Assembly (NCBI GenBank): GCA_039589315.1
Contig: JBDHHQ010000028.1
Location: 1 to 47,999 of the forward strand
DNA from: Gemmatimonadota bacterium
Lineage (GTDB): Bacteria > Gemmatimonadota > Gemmatimonadetes > Longimicrobiales > Gaopeijiaceae
Length of the DNA stretch: 47,999 nt
Direction: 5' to 3'
The position numbers and the translations under genes were made by a program. Position 1 is the first letter of the stretch. The number at the start of each line of letters is the position of its first letter. The notes beneath the pieces are model-generated. The model saw only the letters and a program-made list of their open reading frames with translations. It searched no databases and was not told the origin of the DNA. Positions 29,309-38,633 of the stretch are shown one piece after another.

Positions 29309-30075
29309 GCACGCCCTCGTTCCTGCACGTCCGTAATGAAGGGGGCGTCGCGAGGCTCTCCCTGGCCCGGCCCCCGCTGAACGTGCTGGACCTGCCCATG
29401 CTGGAGGAGATGCGCCGGACTCTCTCCGCTCTCGGCAGTGATCCCGCCGTCCGCGTGCTCGTGCTGACCGGCGAGGGACGCGCCTTCTGCGCCGGCGTCG
29501 ACGTGGCCGACCACACGGCCGATCGGGTCGACGCCATGCTCGAGGCCCTTCACGAGGTGTTCCTCGAGCTCCTCCGCGTCCAAGCCCCGGTGCTGGCCGC
29601 CGTGAACGGAGCGGCCCTCGGGGGTGGTTGCGAGCTCCTTCTGGCCTGCGACGTCGTGCTGGCCCGCGCAGGAGCCAAGATTGGGCAGCCCGAGGTACGG
29701 CTCGGCGTCTTCCCGCCCGTGGCCGCCGCCTACCTCCCCCGGATCGTGGGTCCGCAGGCGGCCCTCGACCTGATCCTCTCGGGTCGGACCATCCTCGCGG
29801 AGGAGGCCAGGGAGCTCGGCCTCGTCACCCGGGTCCTGTCACCCGATGAATTCGACGCCGAGGTGGCACGGTACGCCGCCTCCCTCGCCGACCTCAGCGG
29901 ACCGGTCCTGCGCCTGGCCAAGCGGGCCGTGCGCGAAGGTCTGGAGAAGCCCGCCACTCGGGCGCTCAAGCGGGCCGAGTCGCTCTACCGGCACGACTTG
30001 ATGCGCCTCGACGACGCCCACGAAGGGCTGGCCGCGTTCCTGGAGAAGCGCGCGCCCGTCTGGAAAGGAGCCTGA
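29305..30075 (+). CDS. dch: Cyclohexa-1,5-diene-1-carbonyl-CoA hydratase (Dch-like)
   Basis: [36 protein letters not shown] and [16 protein letters not shown] motifs; operon context. Confidence 0.8.
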   Translation: MSTPSFLHVRNEGGVARLSLARPPLNVLDLPMLEEMRRTLSALGSDPAVRVLVLTGEGRAFCAGVDVADHTADRVDAMLEALHEVFLELLRVQAPVLAAVNGAALGGGCELLLACDVVLARAGAKIGQPEVRLGVFPPVAAAYLPRIVGPQAALDLILSGRTILAEEARELGLVTRVLSPDEFDAEVARYAASLADLSGPVLRLAKRAVREGLEKPATRALKRAESLYRHDLMRLDDAHEGLAAFLEKRAPVWKGA

Positions 30076-30079
30076 CGCC

Positions 30080-31279
30080 ATGGCCAGCTCGGATACGGCC
30101 CGATCCTCGAACCCCGAAACCCGCCTCCTCGACGTAGATCTCGACCAGGAGCTGCCCCGGGTTCTCGCGGACCTCAGGGACGCGGTGGAGGATCCGGATT
30201 TTCCGACGGTGCGGCGCTGGCGAGACGGGGGCGGCAAGGTACTCGGCCACTTCCAGGTCTACTTCCCCGAGGAGCTGGCCCACGCCGCCGGCATGCTGCC
30301 GGTCAAGCTGCGGGGTGCGCAGGTGGAGCGAAGGGAGGCTGACTCGCACTTCGGCTCCTACCTGTGCTCGATCCTGCGCAGCACCCTCGAGCTGGCGCTG
30401 AGCGACCGCCTGCAGGTCGACATGTTCGTGACGCACCCGATCTGCGACGCCGCGCGCAACCTGGCCGGGATCTGGGGGCGCAACCTGCCGCAGCCGGCGC
30501 AGATCCTCTACCTGCCCCAGAACCCCAACTCGGCCTTCTCCAGCACGTACCTGGAGGAGGAGTACGCCCGCGTCCTGCGCGACCTCGAGGGACTGGTCGG
30601 CAAGAGGGTGGCCCCGGCGGATCTGCGGCGCTCCATCGCCGTGTTCAACCAGAACCGTCGCCTCCTGCGCGAGCTGTACGACATCAAGCGGGACTCGCCC
30701 TGGCTGCTGCCCGTGGATGAAGCGTACGTGCTGGTGGCGTTGGCCGGCATCCTGCCCAGGGAGGAGCACAACGAGCTGCTCACAGCCCTGCTTCCCCGGA
30801 TCCGGTCCCGCGACGCCCGGGCCCAGGACCGCATGCGGGTGGTCTTCGAGGGTGGCTTCTGCGAGCAGCCGCCCCTCGATCTGCTCAGGTCCATCGCCCA
30901 GTTCTGCTACGTCGTCGACGACGATCTGCTGATCGGTCTGCGCTGGATCCTGGACGACGTCTCCCTCGAGGGGCGGCCCCTCATGAGCCTGGCCGACGCC
31001 TACCTGAACCACTCGTCGTACAGCCCCGTGCAGCACGATCTCCGGAAGCCCAAGGAGAAGATGTTGCTCGCGCGCATCCGCGACGCCCGGGCGGAGGCGG
31101 CCATCGTGGCCGCGGCCAAGATGTGCGAGCCCGGCCTCGACGAGCAGGTGGCCTACGGACAGGCCCTGGACGAAGCCGGCATCCCGTATTTCCTGACCGA
31201 GTTCGAAGAGAAGATGACGTCATACGACCACCTGCAGATCCAGCTGGAGACGTTCGTCGAGAACCTGCTGTTCGCCTGA
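30080..31279 (+). CDS. bcrC: Class I benzoyl-CoA reductase subunit C (HgdB/FldC family)
   Basis: [46 protein letters not shown] and [10 protein letters not shown]; resembles Thauera-type BcrC. Confidence 0.85.
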   Translation: MASSDTARSSNPETRLLDVDLDQELPRVLADLRDAVEDPDFPTVRRWRDGGGKVLGHFQVYFPEELAHAAGMLPVKLRGAQVERREADSHFGSYLCSILRSTLELALSDRLQVDMFVTHPICDAARNLAGIWGRNLPQPAQILYLPQNPNSAFSSTYLEEEYARVLRDLEGLVGKRVAPADLRRSIAVFNQNRRLLRELYDIKRDSPWLLPVDEAYVLVALAGILPREEHNELLTALLPRIRSRDARAQDRMRVVFEGGFCEQPPLDLLRSIAQFCYVVDDDLLIGLRWILDDVSLEGRPLMSLADAYLNHSSYSPVQHDLRKPKEKMLLARIRDARAEAAIVAAAKMCEPGLDEQVAYGQALDEAGIPYFLTEFEEKMTSYDHLQIQLETFVENLLFA

Positions 31280-31363
31280 GGCCGGCCGGCGATCCCGTCC
31301 CGCCCCGTCCGAGGCGGACGGAGCGCCCGTCGGCCGGGCCTGGACACCGAAACGGAGTGGGAC

Positions 31364-32737
31364 ATGACACCTACGGTGACGGATCAGGAGCTCATGGGCC
31401 GCGGCACCCGCGACGGCGCGCGGTTGTTCCGGGAGTGGTTCGCGCGGCTCTCGACATCGGCGGAGCGCGGTGATCCCGCGGCCTACGTGTTCGTCATGGG
31501 AAGCCTGGCGGAGGTCCTGCGGAGCTTCGACCTGCGCATCGTCTTTCCCGAGATCAACTCCCTGCAGACGGCCGTGAGAAAGGTCTCGGACGAGTATCTG
31601 AGCCTGGCCGAGGATCACGGGTTCTCCCCGGACGTCTGCGGATACGTGAAGGCGGACTACGCCCTCCAGATTCGGCGGGGCCAGCACCCCATGGGCCGGA
31701 TCCCTCCTCCGTCGGTGGCGGTTCTTACCAACGCCTGCAACACCTACCTGAAGTGGGCCGAGATCTGGGAGCGGATGTACGACGTGCCCATCGTGACGGT
31801 GGACGTCCCCGGGACACGCGGCCCGGGTGCGGCCGGCGTCGCCTCGGCCCAGGACTTCGAGCGGGACCGCAAGTACGTGGAGCACCAGATCCGGGAGCTG
31901 ATCGCGGTGCTCGAGGATGTCACGGGCACGCCGTTCGACATCGATCGCTGCCGGGAGGTCCTTCGACACACGAACGAGATGGGGAGGAGCTGGCGTCGCG
32001 TCCTGGAGCTGAACCGCGGCACCCCCGCGGTCTTCGACTCCATGCTCGAAGGCACCATCTACCTCGGGGTCGCCAACGCGCTCCGTGGCACGCCCGAGGG
32101 AGCGAGGTACTTCGAGGACCTCGTCGAGGAGATGGAGGCGAAGCGGCTGGCGGGCGTGAGCCCCCTCATCGACCACAGCGAAGAGCATCGCTTGATCTTC
32201 GTGGGCGTTCCGTGCTACCCCATCTTCCGTCGCTTCTACCAGCTGTTCTCCGAATGGGGCGGGGTCTTCGTGGGCTCCACCTACCTGTGGTTCGCGTCTG
32301 GCGGCCTGAACATCGACTTCGAGTACGACCTCTCCCGCCCCATCGAGAGCCTCGCGGAGGGGGTGGTCCTGGGCGTCCGGAAGGCGGTGGACTCCATGCT
32401 CTTCCAGGATGACGCCATCATCGAGGCCATCGACAGCTTCGACGCCGACGGTGTGGTCTACCATCCGGTCAAGAGCTGTCGGACGGTGTCGACCGGCTTG
32501 GCCGACAGCCGTCGGGTCGTGCTGGAGAACCGTGACGTGCTGTGCCTCTACATCGAGTCGGACATGATGGACAAGCGGGTCGTCTCGGAGGCCCAGCTCA
32601 AGAACCGGATCGACGCGTTCTTCGAGGGCCTCCAGTCCAGGAAGCTCCGGCTCTCGGGCGCCAAGCCGGCCAAGGCCGCGACGAGCGGGGCAGCCTCGGG
32701 ACCGCCGTCGGGAGCGACCAAGCGAGGAGGAGGCTGA
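31364..32737 (+). CDS. bcrB: Class I benzoyl-CoA reductase subunit B (HgdA/FldB family)
   Basis: [30 protein letters not shown] and KNRIDAFFE motifs. Confidence 0.85.
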   Translation: MTPTVTDQELMGRGTRDGARLFREWFARLSTSAERGDPAAYVFVMGSLAEVLRSFDLRIVFPEINSLQTAVRKVSDEYLSLAEDHGFSPDVCGYVKADYALQIRRGQHPMGRIPPPSVAVLTNACNTYLKWAEIWERMYDVPIVTVDVPGTRGPGAAGVASAQDFERDRKYVEHQIRELIAVLEDVTGTPFDIDRCREVLRHTNEMGRSWRRVLELNRGTPAVFDSMLEGTIYLGVANALRGTPEGARYFEDLVEEMEAKRLAGVSPLIDHSEEHRLIFVGVPCYPIFRRFYQLFSEWGGVFVGSTYLWFASGGLNIDFEYDLSRPIESLAEGVVLGVRKAVDSMLFQDDAIIEAIDSFDADGVVYHPVKSCRTVSTGLADSRRVVLENRDVLCLYIESDMMDKRVVSEAQLKNRIDAFFEGLQSRKLRLSGAKPAKAATSGAASGPPSGATKRGGG

Positions 32738-32738
32738 C

Positions 32739-33560
32739 ATGTCCTACGCAGCGGGTGTGGACGTAGGCTCCACCCAGACGAAGGCCATAATCGTGGACGA
32801 AGACGGCGCCATCGTTGGCCGGTCCCTACTTCCGACCGGAGCGAATGTGGTCGCTGCGGCAGAGCACGCCTTCGCCACTGCGCTCGCCGACCGAGGGCTC
32901 TCGGAAGACGAGGTGGGCTTCGTGATCGGGACGGGGTACGGCCGGTACCGGGTCGAGTTCGGCGACACGCAGATCACGGAGATCGTGTGCCACGCCCGGG
33001 GCGCGGCGGCCATGTTCCCCGACACGGAGACGGTGCTGGACATGGGCGGCCAGGACACCAAGGCGATCCGCATCAAGAAGGGCGGCGACGTCCTGGACTT
33101 CTGTATGAACGACAAGTGTGCCGCAGGCACCGGACGGTTCCTCCAATCCGCCGCCGCGGCGCTCGAGATGGAGCTCGCCGACCTCGGCCCCACCGCCCTG
33201 AAGGGCCAGCGTCCGGTCAAGATCAGCACCACCTGCACCGTCTTCGCCGAGTCCGAGGTGCTCTCGTGGCTGGCCCGGGGCAAGCGGATCGAGGACATCC
33301 TGCTGGGCGTCCACGAGTCCATCGCCTCGAGGTCCTTCGCGCTCCTGCGCCGGGTGGGGATCCAGGGCGAGATCACGTTCACGGGCGGCGTCACGCGGAA
33401 CGAAGCCATGGTCGCTGTCATGAACCAGATCCTCGAGGCGGAGATGAACGTGAGCGAAGAGTCGCACTACATGGGCGCCCTGGGTGCGGCCCTCTTCGCC
33501 CTGGAGCGCATCCACAAGGGCCGCGAGCCCCTGCGGCCTCGGGAGGAGGTGTCGGCATGA
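32739..33560 (+). CDS. bcrA: Benzoyl-CoA reductase ATPase/activase subunit A (ASKHA; BcrA/BzdQ-like, short form)
   Basis: [43 protein letters not shown] and [11 protein letters not shown] motifs. Confidence 0.8.
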   Translation: MSYAAGVDVGSTQTKAIIVDEDGAIVGRSLLPTGANVVAAAEHAFATALADRGLSEDEVGFVIGTGYGRYRVEFGDTQITEIVCHARGAAAMFPDTETVLDMGGQDTKAIRIKKGGDVLDFCMNDKCAAGTGRFLQSAAAALEMELADLGPTALKGQRPVKISTTCTVFAESEVLSWLARGKRIEDILLGVHESIASRSFALLRRVGIQGEITFTGGVTRNEAMVAVMNQILEAEMNVSEESHYMGALGAALFALERIHKGREPLRPREEVSA

Positions 33561-34378
33561 TGGTGACGGCGGGCATCGACGTGGGGTCCACGTACACGAA
33601 GGCCGCCCTGATCGGCAGCAGCGGCCACCTCCTATCCACGGGGATCCGGCACACGGGCTTCAAGCTCGAGCAGGCCGCCGAGGGCGCACTGAGGCAGGCC
33701 CTCGAGGAGGCGGGAGCTGGCCGGGAGGACGTGACGTATCTGGCCACGACCGGCTACGGGCGGAACCAGGTCGGCTCCCGGGATGTGCAGGTCACCGACC
33801 TCACCGCCCAGGCCTGGGGCACCCGGTACTTCTTCCCCGGGACGCGGACCGTCCTGGACATCGGCGGGCAAACCATGAAGGCCATGCGCCTCGACGAGAC
33901 CGGCAAGGTCCAGTCCTTCCGCCTCAACGACAAGTGCGCCGCCGGAACGGGAGCCTTCCTGGAGAAGACCGCCCGCTACCTTGGCTATGGCATCCAGGAG
34001 ATCGGCCCGATGGTGGAATACGCCCGGGAGCCCGTGCCCATATCGGGGGTGTGCGCCGTGTTCGCCGAGTCCGAAGTGATCAACCACGTGAGCAACGGCG
34101 CCCAACCAGCCGACATCATGCACGGCGCCATGACCTCGTTGATCGAGCGGTCCGTGCGTCTCATGAAGCGGGTGCGCATGGAGCCCGAGTTCACCCTGGT
34201 GGGCGGCATCATGAGGTTCCCCACCATGGTGAGGGTCATGCGTGAGCAGCTCGGCCAGTCCGTGAACGTGCCACCCGAGCACCTGGTCCAGTTCACGGCG
34301 GCCATCGGCGCCGCCATCCTGGCCGGGCGTCGTCTCAAGAAGCTGGGGGAGCCCGCTCAGGCGGTGCTCTCCCCCTGA
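33557..34378 (+). CDS. bcrD: Benzoyl-CoA reductase ATPase/activase subunit D (BcrD/BzdP-like)
   Basis: C-terminal part of ORF 32987..34378 from ATG 33557 (GGAGG RBS). [23 protein letters not shown] and [11 protein letters not shown] motifs. Confidence 0.8.
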   Translation: MMVTAGIDVGSTYTKAALIGSSGHLLSTGIRHTGFKLEQAAEGALRQALEEAGAGREDVTYLATTGYGRNQVGSRDVQVTDLTAQAWGTRYFFPGTRTVLDIGGQTMKAMRLDETGKVQSFRLNDKCAAGTGAFLEKTARYLGYGIQEIGPMVEYAREPVPISGVCAVFAESEVINHVSNGAQPADIMHGAMTSLIERSVRLMKRVRMEPEFTLVGGIMRFPTMVRVMREQLGQSVNVPPEHLVQFTAAIGAAILAGRRLKKLGEPAQAVLSP

Positions 34379-34381
34379 GCC

Positions 34382-34669
34382 ATGGCCATGACCGAGCACA
34401 TCGATCCTTCGGCCCCGGGCGACGTGGCGAGCGCCATCGCCACGGGGATCCGGCGGGCCCGCCGGGACGCCGAGCTCGCAGCTCAGGGCTGGACGCGTCG
34501 CTTCGTGGGCGCGCCTCCCCGGCTCAGCGAGATGGCGGACCTGTACGAGTCGCTGGGGAACGAGGTGCTGCTGGACGCGGTGACCGACGGCGAGCTGGCG
34601 GAGGCGTGCGCGGGATGCGCGCTGGCGCTCACCTTCTTCAAGGTCATCTACACGAGGAGCGGGACGTGA
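34382..34669 (+). CDS. Small hypothetical protein with CxxC motif
   Basis: GWTRRF...PRLSEMADLYESLG...ACAGC...VIYTR; 3 nt after bcrD and overlapping the had start. Confidence 0.75.
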   Translation: MAMTEHIDPSAPGDVASAIATGIRRARRDAELAAQGWTRRFVGAPPRLSEMADLYESLGNEVLLDAVTDGELAEACAGCALALTFFKVIYTRSGT

Positions 34670-35688
34670 AGGCAGCCGTCTTCCACGGGGCCGACCGGCC
34701 CCTCACGGTCCAGGAGGTCCCCACGCCCACGCCCGGACCCGAGGAGCTGCTCGTGCGGGTGGCCGGGTGCGGCGTCTGTCACACCGACCTGCACTACGTC
34801 GATCACGGGACCCCCACCTTCAAGCCGCCTCCGCTGGTTCTGGGCCACGAGGTCGCAGGCACGGTCGCCGAGGTGGGTGACGAGGTCGACGGGTTCCAGG
34901 CCGGTGACCGCGTGCTCCTGGCGGCCGTCCTGTCCTGCGGGCGCTGCGGGCTCTGCAGGATCGGCCGGGAGAACCTGTGCGAGAACGGTCGCATGCTGGG
35001 TAATCACACGGACGGAGGGTACGCAGAGTTCCTGACGGCGCCGGCCCGGGACGCCTTCCACCTCCCCGACGAGATCCCCGTGGTGGAAGGCTCCATCATC
35101 GCCGACGCCATCACGACGCCGTACCACGCCGTCGTGAACCGCGGCCGGGTCACGCCAGGCGATCACGTCGTCGTCGTGGGGTGCGGTGGGGTGGGGCTCA
35201 ACGTGGTGCAGGTGGCGGCCGCGCTGGGCGCACAGGTCGTGGCCGTGGACCTGTCCGAGCAGAAGCTCGAGTGGGCGGGCCGACTCGGAGCCGTGGCCAC
35301 GGTGAATGCTACCACCATGGAACGGGTGGACCGTGAGGTCCGGAGCCTCACCGGCGGTGGCGCACACATCGCCTTCGAGGTCGTGGGGCACCCCGATACC
35401 CAGTCCACGGCCCTGTCCTGCCTGCGAACGGGCGGCCGACTGGTGCTGGTGGGGTACAGTCCCGGGAAGATGGCCCTGAACTCCGGCCGCGTGATGTTCC
35501 GGGAGCTCGAGGTCGTGGGCTCGCTGGGATGTCGCCCCGTGGACTATCCGCGTGTCATCGAGCTCGTGCGCCGGGGCAGGATCAGCCTCTCGCCGCTCGT
35601 CACACATCGCTTTCCCCTCGACGAGATCGGAGACGCTTTCGACACGCTCCGTGCCGGCGAAGCGATCCGCGCGGTGGTGATGCCTTGA
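34666..35688 (+). CDS. had: Zn-dependent alcohol dehydrogenase, probable 6-hydroxycyclohex-1-ene-1-carbonyl-CoA dehydrogenase
   Basis: CGVCHTDLH, LGHE, structural Zn CxxCxxC...C, GCGGVG and GSLGC motifs; GTG start; operon context. Confidence 0.8.
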   Translation: MKAAVFHGADRPLTVQEVPTPTPGPEELLVRVAGCGVCHTDLHYVDHGTPTFKPPPLVLGHEVAGTVAEVGDEVDGFQAGDRVLLAAVLSCGRCGLCRIGRENLCENGRMLGNHTDGGYAEFLTAPARDAFHLPDEIPVVEGSIIADAITTPYHAVVNRGRVTPGDHVVVVGCGGVGLNVVQVAAALGAQVVAVDLSEQKLEWAGRLGAVATVNATTMERVDREVRSLTGGGAHIAFEVVGHPDTQSTALSCLRTGGRLVLVGYSPGKMALNSGRVMFRELEVVGSLGCRPVDYPRVIELVRRGRISLSPLVTHRFPLDEIGDAFDTLRAGEAIRAVVMP

Positions 35689-36641
35689 GCGGCTCGGCCG
35701 GGACGGCCTTCCCTCGGTGGTGGGCGGTGACGCAGGGACTCGCGCTGGTGGGGCTGGGGGGGCTGCTCGTGGCGCTGGCCGTGGTCCCCGAGGTCGCCCT
35801 GCGCACCTTCTGGTATGGGTTCATTCCAGTGGTGCCACTGGTGCTCATGGCGAGTCCCAACCTTTGGCGCAACGTCTGCCCGCTAGCGACGCTGAACCTG
35901 ACGACGGGTCGACGCTGGGGCCGACGGGCCCTGACGCCGGCCCTGGCCCGCCGGACCGGCGCAGCGGGAATCCTGTTGCTCGCGTTGCTCGTACCCTCCC
36001 GGCACCTGCTGTGGAACTCGAGCGGTCTCGCTCTCCTGGCCCTCGTAGCGGTGCTCGGCGTATCGGCGCTCGCCCTGGGCCTCGTCTTCGACGCCAAAGC
36101 GGGGTTCTGCAACTCCATCTGCCCGGTGCTTCCCGTAGAGCGCCTCTACGGACAACGGCCGTGGCTCGAGCCCGGGAACCCGCGGTGCCCGAGCTGCGAC
36201 GTCTGTACGCGGGGGGGATGCCTGGACCTGGGTCCGACGAAGTCCGTCGCACAGACGCTTGGCCCTGCGCGCAAATCGACGCGTTGGATCCTTACGCCTT
36301 TCGGGGCCTTTGCCCTGGCCTTCCCTGGATTGATCGTGGGGTACTTCACCTTCACCCTCGGGTCAGGGACAGCGCCGTTTCTCGTCTTCGTGCACGTCGG
36401 GGCCTGGATGGCCACGAGCTACGCGGTGGGGTCCGTGGCGGTCGGCGTCTCGAAGCTGCCCGCCGAGATCGCCGTCGCCCTGGCGGCAGCCGCCGCCTTC
36501 ATCCTCTACTACTGGCTCAGCGCGCCGACTGTGGTCGAGGAGCTGGGGCTGCCCCCGCTCACCACCGCGGTCATCCGGTCCGGCGCTCTCGTCGTCGCCG
36601 GCGTATGGCTCTGGAGAGCCATCCCAGGAAGGAAGACCTGA
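35685..36641 (+). CDS. Polytopic membrane Fe-S protein (NapH/CcoG/NosR-like Cys motifs)
   Basis: About 8 TM segments with WRNVCPL, FCNSICPV and CPSCDVCTRGGC; TTGA overlap with had. Confidence 0.75.
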   Translation: MSGSAGTAFPRWWAVTQGLALVGLGGLLVALAVVPEVALRTFWYGFIPVVPLVLMASPNLWRNVCPLATLNLTTGRRWGRRALTPALARRTGAAGILLLALLVPSRHLLWNSSGLALLALVAVLGVSALALGLVFDAKAGFCNSICPVLPVERLYGQRPWLEPGNPRCPSCDVCTRGGCLDLGPTKSVAQTLGPARKSTRWILTPFGAFALAFPGLIVGYFTFTLGSGTAPFLVFVHVGAWMATSYAVGSVAVGVSKLPAEIAVALAAAAAFILYYWLSAPTVVEELGLPPLTTAVIRSGALVVAGVWLWRAIPGRKT

Positions 36642-36642
36642 C

Positions 36643-38094
36643 ATGCGCGAGACGATCATCGAGCCGTTCAAGATCAAATCCGTCGAGCCGATCCGCTTCA
36701 CCTCTCGTGCAGAGCGCCTCGAGCTCCTGCGCTCGGCGGGATACAACGTCTTCCTCCTCCGAGCGGAGGACGTGCTCATCGATCTTCTGACCGACAGCGG
36801 CACGTCGGCCATGAGCGCCCGGCAGTGGAGCGCCATGATGCAGGGAGACGAGGCGTACGCGGGCAGCCCGTCCTACTACAGGTTCAAGGAGGCCGTGCAG
36901 AGCATCTTCGGCTTCGAGCAGGTGATCCCCACGCACCAGGGAAGGGCGGCCGAGCGCATCCTCTTCTCCACCGTTTGCCGTCCCGGCCACGTGGTGCCCA
37001 ACAACACCCACTTCGACACGACCCGCGCCAACATCGAGGCTGCCGGGGCGGAAGCCCTGGACCTACCGGTCCCCGAAGGTCTGATCCCGTCGGAGGCGCG
37101 GCCCTTCAAGGGCAACATGGACACGGGCCGGCTCGAGGCGCTCATCGAGGAGGTGGGTGCCGAGCGCATCCCCCTCTGCATGCTGACGGTGACCAACAAC
37201 ACCGGTGGCGGTCAGCCGGTCTCCATGGCCAACATCCGCGAGGTGTCCGGCATCTGCGGTCGGCACGGCATTCCCCTCTACCTGGACGCCTGCCGCTTCG
37301 CGGAGAACGCCTACCTGATCAAGCTGAGGGAAGAGGGCTACGGGGATCGGAGCGTACGAGAGATCGCCCGGGAGATGTTCTCGCTGGCCGACGGCTGCAC
37401 CATGTCAGCGAAGAAGGACGGACTCGCCAACATCGGCGGCTTCCTGGCCACCAACGACGCGACCCTGGCCCGGCGCGAGCGCGATCTGCTGATCTTGACG
37501 GAGGGGTTCCCCACCTACGGCGGCCTGGCCGGGCGGGACCTGGAAGCCGTGGCCGTGGGGCTCGAGGAGGTGCTGGACGAAAGTTACCTCCGGTACCGCC
37601 TCGCGACGGTGCGGTACCTCGGCGATCACATCGCCCGGCAAGGGGTGCCCATCGTTCAGCCACCCGGCGGTCATGCCGTGTACATCGACGCCGCGGCGTT
37701 CCTGCCTCACGTCCCCCCGACGGAGCTCCCCGGACAAGCCTTGGTGGCCGAGCTGTACCTGGAAGGGGGCGTCCGGGGCGTCGAGGTGGGGACGGTCATG
37801 TTCGGACACCAGGATCCCGAGACCGGCGACGAGATCCCCGCTTCGATGGAGTTGGTCCGGTTGGCGCTGCCGAGAAGGGTGTACACGCAGAGCCACGTCG
37901 ACTACCTGGTGGAGGTGATCGCCAGCGTCTGGCGGCGGCGCGAGGGCATCGGCGGCTTCCGCTTCGTGCGCCAGGCTCCCGCGCTGCGTCACTTCACGGC
38001 CCGCTTCGAGCCCCTCTACGGGCTCGCCTCCGATACCGCCTCCTCGGATCCGTCCACTTCGGACACACCCACGTCATCGGAGGTACCCGCGTGA
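36643..38094 (+). CDS. tnaA: Tryptophanase-type beta-eliminating lyase (PLP)
   Basis: EPFKIKSVE, DLLTDSGT, GDEAYAG, PTHQGR, MSAKKD and YGGLAGRD. FDTT, GVEVG and LRHFTARF match tryptophanase rather than tyrosine phenol-lyase (FTTT, MERG, LRFF). Confidence 0.8.
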   Translation: MRETIIEPFKIKSVEPIRFTSRAERLELLRSAGYNVFLLRAEDVLIDLLTDSGTSAMSARQWSAMMQGDEAYAGSPSYYRFKEAVQSIFGFEQVIPTHQGRAAERILFSTVCRPGHVVPNNTHFDTTRANIEAAGAEALDLPVPEGLIPSEARPFKGNMDTGRLEALIEEVGAERIPLCMLTVTNNTGGGQPVSMANIREVSGICGRHGIPLYLDACRFAENAYLIKLREEGYGDRSVREIAREMFSLADGCTMSAKKDGLANIGGFLATNDATLARRERDLLILTEGFPTYGGLAGRDLEAVAVGLEEVLDESYLRYRLATVRYLGDHIARQGVPIVQPPGGHAVYIDAAAFLPHVPPTELPGQALVAELYLEGGVRGVEVGTVMFGHQDPETGDEIPASMELVRLALPRRVYTQSHVDYLVEVIASVWRRREGIGGFRFVRQAPALRHFTARFEPLYGLASDTASSDPSTSDTPTSSEVPA

Positions 38095-38633
38095 GCACGG
38101 ACCAGGTCACCAAGGCCCTGCGCGACGAGCATCAGCTCATCCTGAGGGTCGTGGCGGCGCTGGAGGAGCTGCTGGAGTCCCCGACCCTCGACATGGAGGC
38201 CATCGAGAGCTGCGTTTCATTCTTCCGGCTCTTCGTGGACGCCTGCCATCACGGTCAGGAGGAAGGACTGCTCTTCCCCGAGCTCGAGGCGACCGGGATG
38301 CCCCGGGAGCAGGGTCCCATCGCGGTGATGCTGGAGGAGCACCGGATCGGCCGGGCGCTGGTCGGCAGGATGCGAAATGCGCTTCCGGGGGTCCGTGACG
38401 GCGACATCGATGCCGACGCCGCCTTCCGCGATGCCGCGCGCAACTACGTCTACCTGATCCGCGGTCACATCCGGAAGGAGGACGGCATCCTGTTCACCCA
38501 CGCGGACCACGTCCTGGGCGCCCCGGCCTGCGCCAGGCTCTGCGAGGGGTTCGAAGAGGTGTGCGCCAGGAAGTTCGAGGGCTGTACGAAGGCACAGTTG
38601 GAGGAATTGGCCGCGCGGGTCATGCACCGCTGA
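38091..38633 (+). CDS. Hemerythrin domain protein
   Basis: EHQLI, CHHGQEEGLLFP, GPIAVMLEEH and HIRKEDGILF motifs; GTGA overlap with tnaA. Confidence 0.9.
   Translation: MSTDQVTKALRDEHQLILRVVAALEELLESPTLDMEAIESCVSFFRLFVDACHHGQEEGLLFPELEATGMPREQGPIAVMLEEHRIGRALVGRMRNALPGVRDGDIDADAAFRDAARNYVYLIRGHIRKEDGILFTHADHVLGAPACARLCEGFEEVCARKFEGCTKAQLEELAARVMHR

Noticed and set aside
30080..34378. 2-hydroxyacyl-CoA dehydratase plus activator as an alternative to BCR
   Set aside because: Two distinct ATPase subunits and flanking Oah-, Dch- and Had-like genes favour class I BCR, although phylogeny is needed to confirm.
36643..38094. Tyrosine phenol-lyase call suggested by the benzoyl-CoA context
   Set aside because: The three specificity positions match tryptophanase.
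36825..38633. Apparent 602-aa hemerythrin and 463-aa activase (32987..34378) extensions
   Set aside because: The extensions overlap upstream genes in another frame; RBS-supported starts are at 38091 and 33557.
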